The translations under genes and the position numbers were made by a program. 64,000 bases of DNA, taken from assembly GCA_964016885.1 (NCBI GenBank), contig OZ024741.1, positions 256,246,001 through 256,310,000 of the forward strand. Reading direction: 5' to 3'. Of the stretch, positions 55,082 to 64,000 are shown in pieces (the stretch's first letter is position 1; each line of letters begins with the position of its first letter). This DNA comes from Eledone cirrhosa (Eukaryota). Under the pieces are notes generated by a model. The model ran no database searches. It was not told where the DNA came from and saw only the letters and a program-made list of their open reading frames with translations.

Positions 55082-58058
55082 GTTTCGCTTTACGAGTGTT
55101 TCGACTTACGAGTGTTTCGACATACGAGTGTTTCGACTTCCGAATGTTTTTGCTTACGGGTGTTTCGACTTACAAATGTTTCGGCTTACGAGTGTTTCGA
55201 CTTACGAGTATTTCGGCTTACGAGTTTTTCGACGTACGAATGTTTTGGCTTACGAGTGTTTCGGCTTATGAGTGTTTCGGCTTACGAGTGTTTCGACTTA
55301 CGAGTGTTTCGGCTTACGTGTGTTTCGACTTACGAGTGTTTCGACTTACGACTGTTTCGGCTTACGAGTGTTTCGGCTTACGAGTGTTTCGGCTTACGAG
55401 TGTTCTGACTTACGGGTATTCTGACATACGAGTGTTCCGACTTACGAGTGTTTCGGCTTATGAGGGTTTCGACTTACGAGTGCTTCGGCTTACGAGTGTT
55501 TCGACTTACGAGTGTTTCGACTTACGAGTGTTTCGACTTACGAGTGTTTCGACTTACGAGTGTTTTGACTTACGGTGTTTCGGCTTACGAGTGTTTCGAC
55601 ATACGAGTGTTTTGACGTACGGGTGTTTCGACTTACGGGTCTTTCGACTTAAGAGTGTTTCGACTTACGAGCGCTTCGACTTACGATTGTTTCGACTTAC
55701 GAGTGTTTCGGCGTATGAGTGTTTTGACTTACGAGTGTTTCGACTTACGAGTGTTTCGACTTACGAGTGTTTCGAATTACGAGTGTTTCGACTTACGAGT
55801 GTTTTGACTTACGAGTGTTTTGACTTACGGTGTTTCTGCTTACGAGTGTTTCGACTTACGAGTGTTATGACTTACGGGTGTTTTGACATACGAGTGTTTC
55901 GACTTACGAGTGTTTTGACTTACGGGTGTTTTGACATACAAGTGTTTCGATACGAGTGTTCTGACTTACGAGTGTTCTGACTTACGAGTGTTCTGACTTA
56001 CGAGTGTTTCGACATACGAGTGTTTTGACTTACGGGTTTTTCGACTTACGAGTGTTTTGACTTACGAATGTTTTGACTTACGGGTGTTTCGGCTTACGAG
56101 TGTTTCGACTTACGAGTGTTTCGGCTTACGAGTGTTTCGACTTATTAATGTTTTTACTTACGAGTGTTTCGGCGTAGGAGAGTTTTGACTTACGAGTGTT
56201 TCGACTTACGAGTGTTTTGACTTACGAGTGTTTTGACTTAAGGGTGTTTCGACTTACGAGTATTTTTGGCTTACGAGTGTTTCGACTTACGAGTGTTTTG
56301 ACTTACGAGTTTTCTGATTTACGTATGTTTCGACATACGAGTGTTTCGACTTACGAGTGTTTCGACTTATGAGTGTTTCGACTTACGAGTGTTTCGACTT
56401 ACGAGTGTTTCGGCTTATGATTGTTTCGACTTACGAGTGTTTTGACTTACGGTGTTTCAGCTTACGAGTGTTTCGACTTACGAGTGTTTTGACTTACGGG
56501 TGTTTTGACATACGAGTGTTTCGATACGAGTGTTCTGACTTACGAGTGTTCTGACTTACGAGTGTTCCGACTTACGAGTGTTCCGACTTACGACTGTTTC
56601 GGCTTACGAGTGTTTCCGGCTTACGAGTGTTTCGACTTACGAGTGTTTTGACTTTCGGTGTTTCGGCTTACGAGTGTTTCGACTTACGAGTGTTTTGACT
56701 TACGGGTGTTTTGACTTACGGGTGTTGTGAATTACGAGTGTTCCGATTTACGAGTGTTTTGACTTACGGTGTTTCGGCTTACGAGTGATTCGACTTACGA
56801 ATGTTTTGACTTACGGGTGTTTCGGCTTGCGAGTGTTTCGACTTACGAGTGTTTCGGCTTATGAGTGTTTCGACTTACTAATGTTTTTACTTACGAGTGT
56901 TCTGACTTACGACTGTTCCGACTTACGAGTGTTCCGACTTAAGAGTGTTTCGGCTTACGAGTGTTTCCGGCTTACGAGTGTTTCGACTTACGAGTGTTTC
57001 GACTTACGAGTGTTTTGACTTACGGTGTTTCGACTTACGAGTGATTCGACTTACGAGTGTTTTGACTTACGGGTGTTTTGACTTACGGGTGTTGTGAATT
57101 ACGAGTGTTCCGATTTACGAGTGTTTTGACTTACGGTGTTTCGGCTTACGAGTGATTCGACTTACGAATGTTTTGACTTACGGGTGTTTCGGCTTGCTAG
57201 TGTTTCGACTTACGAGTGTTTCGGCTTATGAGTGTTTCGACTTACTACTGTTTTTACTTACGAGTGTTTCGGCGTACGAGTGTTTTGACTTACGAGTGTT
57301 TCGAATTACGAGTGTTTTGACTTACGAATGTTTTGACATACGGGTGTTTCGGCTTACGAGTGTTTCGACTTACGAGTGTTTCGGCTTGCGAGTGTTTCGA
57401 CTTACTAATGTTTTTACTTACGAGTTTTTCGGCGTACGAGTGTTTCGACTTACGAGTGTTTCGACTTACGGGTGTTTTGACTTAAGGGTGTTTCGACTTA
57501 CAAGTGTTTCGACTTACGAGTGTTTCGACTTACGAGTGTTCTGACTTACGAGTGTTCTGATTTACGGATGTTTCGACATACGAGTGTTTCGACTTACGAA
57601 TGTTTCGACTTACGAGTGTTTTGACTTACGGGTGTTTTGACATACGAGTATTTCGATACGAGTGTTTCGACTTACGAGTGTTCTGACTTACGAGTGTTCT
57701 GACTTACGAGTGTTCTGACTTACGAGTGTTCTGATTTACGAGTGTTCCGACTTACGAGTGTTTCGGCTTACGAGTGTTTCGGCTTACGAGTGTTTCGACT
57801 TACGAGTGTTTCGACTTACGAGTGTTCCGACTTACGGGTGTTTCGACTTACGAGTGGTTTGGCTTACGGTGTTTCGGCTTACGAGTGTTTCGAGTTACGA
57901 GTGTTTTGACTTACGCGTGTTTTGACATACGAGTGTTTCGATACGAGTGTTCTGACTTACGAGTGTTCTGACTTACGAGTGTTCTGACTTACGAGTGTTC
58001 CGACTTTACGAGTGTTTCGGCTCACGAGTGTTTCGGCTTACGAGTGTTTCGACTTACG

Positions 58059-58128
58059 AAAATGACAAATAGACGCGGTTTCAAATCTCTATGAATTTCA
58101 AATTCATTACATTAATCTTTATTTATAC
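58059..58128. repeat. 70-bp element copy 15, subtype B with AAAATGAC start
   Basis: Matches copy 14; 3047 bp downstream. Confidence 0.97.
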
Positions 58129-61100
58129 GTTTCGCTTTACGAGTGTTTCGACTTACGAGTGTTTCGACATACGAGTGTTTCGACTTCCGAATGTTTTTGC
58201 TTACGGGTGTTTCGACTTACAAATGTTTCGGCTTACGAGTGTTTCGACTTACGAGTATTTCGGCTTACGAGTTTTTCGACGTACGAATGTTTTGGCTTAC
58301 GAGTGTTTCGGCTTATGAGTGTTTCGGCTTACGAGTGTTTCGACTTACGAGTGTTTCGGCTTACGTGTGTTTCGACTTACGAGTGTTTCGACTTACGACT
58401 GTTTCGGCTTACGAGTGTTTCGGCTTACGAGTGTTTCGGCTTACGAGTGTTCTGACTTACGGGTATTCTGACATACGAGTGTTCCGACTTACGAGTGTTT
58501 CGGCTTATGAGGGTTTCGACTTACGAGTGCTTCGGCTTACGAGTGTTTCGACTTACGAGTGTTTCGACTTACGAGTGTTTCGACTTACGAGTGTTTCGAC
58601 TTACGAGTGTTTTGACTTACGGTGTTTCGGCTTACGAGTGTTTCGACATACGAGTGTTTTGACGTACGGGTGTTTCGACTTACGGGTCTTTCGACTTAAG
58701 AGTGTTTCGACTTACGAGCGCTTCGACTTACGATTGTTTCGACTTACGAGTGTTTCGGCGTATGAGTGTTTTGACTTACGAGTGTTTCGACTTACGAGTG
58801 TTTCGACTTACGAGTGTTTCGAATTACGAGTGTTTCGACTTACGAGTGTTTTGACTTACGAGTGTTTTGACTTACGGTGTTTCTGCTTACGAGTGTTTCG
58901 ACTTACGAGTGTTATGACTTACGGGTGTTTTGACATACGAGTGTTTCGACTTACGAGTGTTTTGACTTACGGGTGTTTTGACATACAAGTGTTTCGATAC
59001 GAGTGTTCTGACTTACGAGTGTTCTGACTTACGAGTGTTCTGACTTACGAGTGTTTCGACATACGAGTGTTTTGACTTACGGGTTTTTCGACTTACGAGT
59101 GTTTTGACTTACGAATGTTTTGACTTACGGGTGTTTCGGCTTACGAGTGTTTCGACTTACGAGTGTTTCGGCTTACGAGTGTTTCGACTTATTAATGTTT
59201 TTACTTACGAGTGTTTCGGCGTAGGAGAGTTTTGACTTACGAGTGTTTCGACTTACGAGTGTTTTGACTTACGAGTGTTTTGACTTAAGGGTGTTTCGAC
59301 TTACGAGTATTTTTGGCTTACGAGTGTTTCGACTTACGAGTGTTTTGACTTACGAGTTTTCTGATTTACGTATGTTTCGACATACGAGTGTTTCGACTTA
59401 CGAGTGTTTCGACTTATGAGTGTTTCGACTTACGAGTGTTTCGACTTACGAGTGTTTCGGCTTATGATTGTTTCGACTTACGAGTGTTTTGACTTACGGT
59501 GTTTCAGCTTACGAGTGTTTCGACTTACGAGTGTTTTGACTTACGGGTGTTTTGACATACGAGTGTTTCGATACGAGTGTTCTGACTTACGAGTGTTCTG
59601 ACTTACGAGTGTTCCGACTTACGAGTGTTCCGACTTACGACTGTTTCGGCTTACGAGTGTTTCCGGCTTACGAGTGTTTCGACTTACGAGTGTTTTGACT
59701 TTCGGTGTTTCGGCTTACGAGTGTTTCGACTTACGAGTGTTTTGACTTACGGGTGTTTTGACTTACGGGTGTTGTGAATTACGAGTGTTCCGATTTACGA
59801 GTGTTTTGACTTACGGTGTTTCGGCTTACGAGTGATTCGACTTACGAATGTTTTGACTTACGGGTGTTTCGGCTTGCGAGTGTTTCGACTTACGAGTGTT
59901 TCGGCTTATGAGTGTTTCGACTTACTAATGTTTTTACTTACGAGTGTTCTGACTTACGACTGTTCCGACTTACGAGTGTTCCGACTTAAGAGTGTTTCGG
60001 CTTACGAGTGTTTCCGGCTTACGAGTGTTTCGACTTACGAGTGTTTCGACTTACGAGTGTTTTGACTTACGGTGTTTCGACTTACGAGTGATTCGACTTA
60101 CGAGTGTTTTGACTTACGGGTGTTTTGACTTACGGGTGTTGTGAATTACGAGTGTTCCGATTTACGAGTGTTTTGACTTACGGTGTTTCGGCTTACGAGT
60201 GATTCGACTTACGAATGTTTTGACTTACGGGTGTTTCGGCTTGCTAGTGTTTCGACTTACGAGTGTTTCGGCTTATGAGTGTTTCGACTTACTACTGTTT
60301 TTACTTACGAGTGTTTCGGCGTACGAGTGTTTTGACTTACGAGTGTTTCGAATTACGAGTGTTTTGACTTACGAATGTTTTGACATACGGGTGTTTCGGC
60401 TTACGAGTGTTTCGACTTACGAGTGTTTCGGCTTGCGAGTGTTTCGACTTACTAATGTTTTTACTTACGAGTTTTTCGGCGTACGAGTGTTTCGACTTAC
60501 GAGTGTTTCGACTTACGGGTGTTTTGACTTAAGGGTGTTTCGACTTACAAGTGTTTCGACTTACGAGTGTTTCGACTTACGAGTGTTCTGACTTACGAGT
60601 GTTCTGATTTACGGATGTTTCGACATACGAGTGTTTCGACTTACGAATGTTTCGACTTACGAGTGTTTTGACTTACGGGTGTTTTGACATACGAGTATTT
60701 CGATACGAGTGTTTCGACTTACGAGTGTTCTGACTTACGAGTGTTCTGACTTACGAGTGTTCTGACTTACGAGTGTTCTGATTTACGAGTGTTCCGACTT
60801 ACGAGTGTTTCGGCTTACGAGTGTTTCGGCTTACGAGTGTTTCGACTTACGAGTGTTTCGACTTACGGGTGTTTTGACATACGAGTGTTTCGATACGAGT
60901 GTTCTGACTTACGAGTGTTCTGACTTACGAGTGTTCTGACTTACGAGTGTTTCGACATACGAGTGTTTTGACTTACGGGTGTTTCGACTTACGAGTGTTT
61001 TCACTTACGAATGTTTTGGCTTACGGGTGTTTCGGCTTACGAGTGTTTCGACTTACGAGTGTTTCGGCTTACGAGTGTTTCGATTTACTAATATTTTTAC

Positions 61101-62125
61101 TTACGAGTGTTTCGGCGTACGAGAGTTTTGACTTACGAGTGTTTCGACTTACGAGTGTTTCGACTTACGAGTATTTTGACTTACGAATGTTTTGACTTAC
61201 GGGTGTTTCGGCTTACGAGTATTTCGACTTACGAGTCTTTCGGCTTACGAGTGTTTCGACTTACTAATGTTTTTACTTACGAGTGTTTCGACTTCCGAGT
61301 GTTTCGACTTACGGGTGTTTTGACTTACGGGCGTATCGGCTTACGAGTGTTTTGACTTACGAGTGTTTTGACTTAAGGGTGTTTCGACTTACGAGTATTT
61401 TTGGCTTACGAGTGTTTCGACTTACGAGTGTTTTGACTTACGAGTCTTCTGATTTACGGATGTTTCGACATACGAGTGTTTCGACTTACGAGTGTTTCGA
61501 CTTATGAGTGTTTCGACTTACGAGTGTTTCGACTTACGAGTGTTTCGGCTTGTGATTGTTTCGACTTACGAGTGTTTTGACTTACGGTGTTTCAGCTTAC
61601 GAGTGTTTCGACTTACGAGTGTTTTGACTTACGGGTGTTTTGACATACGAGTGTTTCGATACGAGTGTTCTGACTTACGAGTGTTCTGACTTACGAGTGT
61701 TTTGACTTACGAGTGTTCTGACTTACGAGTGTTCCGACTTACGAGTGTTCCGACTTACGAGTGTTTCGGCTTACGAGTGTTTTGACTTAAGGGTGTTTCG
61801 ACTTACGAGTGTTTCGATACGAGTGTTTCGACTTACGAGTGTTTCGGCTTACGAGTGTTTCGACTTACGAGTGTTTCGACTTACGAGTGTTCCGACTTAC
61901 GGGTGTTTCGACTTACGAGTGTTTTGGCTTACGGTGTTTCGACTTACGAGTGTTTCGAGTTAAGAGTGTTTTGACTTACGAGTGTTCTGATTTACGAGTG
62001 TTCTGACTTACGAGTGTTCTGACTTACGAGTGTTCTGACTTACGAGTGTTCTGACTTACGAGTGTTCCGACTTTACGAGTGTTTCGGCTCACGAGTGTTT
62101 CGGCTTACGAGTGTTTCGACTTACG

Positions 62126-62195
62126 AAAATAACAAATAGACGCGGTTTCAAATCTCTATGCTTTTCAAATTCATTACATTAATCTTTATTTATAC
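62126..62195. repeat. 70-bp element copy 16, subtype A
   Basis: Matches copy 11; 13411 bp downstream. Confidence 0.97.
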
Positions 62196-62877
62196 GTTTC
62201 GCTTTACGAGTGTTTCGACTTACGAATGTTTTTGCTTACGAGTGTTTCGGTTTACGAGTGTTCCGACTTACGAGTGTTCCGACTTACGAGTGTTTCGGCT
62301 TACGAGTGTTTCCGGCTTACGAGTGTTTCAACTTACGAGTGTTCTGACTTACGAGTGTTCTGATTTACGGATGTTTCGACACACGAGTGTTTCGAATTAC
62401 GAGTGTTTCGACTTACGAGTGTTTTGACTTACGAGTGTTTCGATACGAGTGTTTCGACTTACGAGTGTTCTGACTTACGAGTGTTCTGACTTACGAGTGT
62501 TCTGACTTACGAGTGTTCTTACTTACGAGTGTTCCGACTTACGAGTGTTCCGACTTACGAGTGTTTCGGCATACGAGTGTTTCGGCTTACGAGTGTTTCG
62601 ACTTACGAATGTTTAGACTTACGAGTGTTCCGACTTACGGGTGTTTCGACTTACGAGTGTTTTGGCTTACGGTGTTTCGGCTTACGAGTGTTTCGAGTTA
62701 CGAGTGTTTTAACTTACACGTGGTTTGACATACGAGTGTTTCGATACGAGTGTTCTGACTTACGAGTGTTCTGACTTACGAGTGTTCTGACTTACGAGTG
62801 TTCTGACTTACGAGTGTTCCGACTTTACGAGTGTTTCGGCTCACGAGTGTTTCGGCTTACGAGTGTTTCGACTTACG

Positions 62878-62947
62878 AAAATAACAAATAGACGCGGTTT
62901 CAAATCTCTATGCTTTTCAAATTCATTACATTAATCTTTATTTATAC
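62878..62947. repeat. 70-bp element copy 17, subtype A
   Basis: Matches copy 12; 13411 bp downstream. Confidence 0.97.
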
Positions 62948-64000
62948 GTTTCGCTTTACGAGTGTTTCGACTTACGAGTGTTTCGACATACGAGTGTTTC
63001 GGCTTACGAGTGTTTTGATTTACGAGTGTTTTGACTTACGGGTGCTTCGACTTACGCGTGTTTCGACTTACGAGTGTTTCGACTTACGAGTGTTTCGACT
63101 TACGAGTGTTTCGGCTTACGAGTGTTTTGACTTACGAATGTTTTGACTTACGAGTGTTTCGGCTTACGAGTGTTTCGACTTACGAGTGTTCTGACTACGA
63201 GTGTTCTGACTTACGGGTGTTCTGACTTACGAGTGTTCCGACTTACGAGTGTTTCGGCTTATGAGTGTTTCGACTTACGAGTGCTTCGACTTACGAGTGT
63301 TTCGGCTTACGGGTGTTTCGACTTACGAATGTTTTTGCTTACGAGTGTTTCGGCTTACGAGTGTTTCGGCTTATGAGTGTTTCGACTTACGAGTGTTTTG
63401 ACTTACGGGTGATTTGACATACGAGTGTTTCGATACGATTGTTCTGACTTACGAGTGTTTTCGCTTACGAGTGTTTCGGCTTACGAGTGTTTCGACTTAC
63501 TAATGTTTTTGCTTACGAGTGTTTCGGTGTACGAGTGTTTCGACTTAAGGATGTTTCGACTTACGAGTGTTTCGACTTACGAGTGTTTCGACTTACGAGT
63601 GTTTCGACTTACGAGTGTTTTGGCTTACGAATGTTTTGATTTACGGGTGTTTCGACTTACGAGTGTTTCGGCTTATGAGTGTTTCGACTTACGGGCGTTT
63701 CGACTTACGGGTGTTTCGACTTACGAGTGTTTTGGCTTACGAATGTTTTGACTTACGGGTGTTTCGACTTACGAGTGTTTCGACTTATGAGTGTTTCGAC
63801 TTACGAGTGTTTCGGCTTATGAGTGTTTCGACTTACGAGTGCTTCGGCTTACGAGTGTTTCGACTTACGAGTATTTCGGCTTACGAGTGTTTCGACGTAC
63901 GAATGTTTTGGCTTACGAGTGTTTCGGCTTATGAGTGTTTCGGCTTACGAGTGTTTCGACTTACGAGTGTTTCGGCTAACGAGTGTTTCAGTGTTTCGGC

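Larger units (their letters stand above)
52161..60860 (+). repeat. Tandem triplication of ~3.04-kb unit (3031 bp, 3047 bp, third copy truncated)
   Basis: Offsets 53326>56357>59404 and 54105>57152>60199; shared private variants GGCTTGCTAG, TACTACTG, ACATACAAG. Confidence 0.92.
1..64000 (+). repeat. Satellite array of 16-bp monomer GACTTACGAGTGTTTC (about 4,000 copies, single orientation, runs off both window ends)
   Basis: Monomer visible on every line. Common variants: TTTCGGC, TTTTGAC, TTCTGAC, TTCCGAC, ACGGGTG, ATGAGTG, ACATACG, plus 14-, 15- and 17-bp length variants. The ORF track shows the expected 16-aa periodic peptide (FRLTSVSTYECFDLRV). Confidence 0.99.
60861..64000 (+). repeat. Repeat of ~47450-50589 at offset 13411 bp, continuing past window end
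   Basis: Offsets 47536>60947, 48747>62158, 49499>62910, 50014>63425; last bases GGCTAACGAGTGTTTCAGTGTTTCGGC match ~50563-50589. Confidence 0.93.

Noticed and set aside
53-63751. Hundreds of + strand ORFs (60-325 aa, FRLTSVSTYECFDLRV-like), including the longest at 51873-52850
   Set aside because: They are translations of a stop-free 16-bp repeat, overlap in all three frames, mostly start at GTG/TTG, and end wherever a TGA/TAA variant occurs. There are none on the - strand because TAA occurs in each monomer. No domain or coding signal.
1-64000. CRISPR array or CRISPR-like repeat-spacer system
   Set aside because: Repeats are contiguous with no unique spacers, the 70-bp elements are near-identical to each other, and there are no cas genes or leader.
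1-64000. Telomerase-made telomeric tract (TG-rich strand; variants TACGGATGT, TAAGGATGT and GGTGTACG recall Candida-type telomere repeats)
   Set aside because: The resemblance is limited to minority variants and the consensus has no G-run. kb-scale duplicated variant patterns and internal inserts indicate recombinational amplification. A subtelomeric location cannot be excluded from this window.

Overview
The whole 64 kb window is one head-to-tail satellite DNA array of a 16-bp monomer (consensus GACTTACGAGTGTTTC, about 4,000 copies from 64000/16, all in the same orientation), most likely eukaryotic heterochromatin (inference). I find no credible protein-coding gene, RNA gene or CRISPR array. 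All listed ORFs are artefacts: the + strand consensus has no stop codon in any frame, while the - strand carries a TAA in every monomer. The only non-monomer sequence is a ~70-bp AT-rich element present 17 times, always in the same orientation and the same flanking monomer context, in three sequence subtypes, two of which contain a perfect 17-bp palindrome. Rare monomer variants act as markers that reveal nested duplications of about 0.26, 1.36, 1.69, 2.6, 2.83, 3.05, 4.5, 8.25 and 13.4 kb. The most interesting hypotheses, both unverified, are that the monomer is an amplified pogo/Tigger (CENP-B-related) transposon-end motif and that the 70-bp element marks a single ancestral junction or functional box. 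Duplication boundaries were read by eye and from ORF-track offsets and are approximate (about +/- 1-3 monomers).
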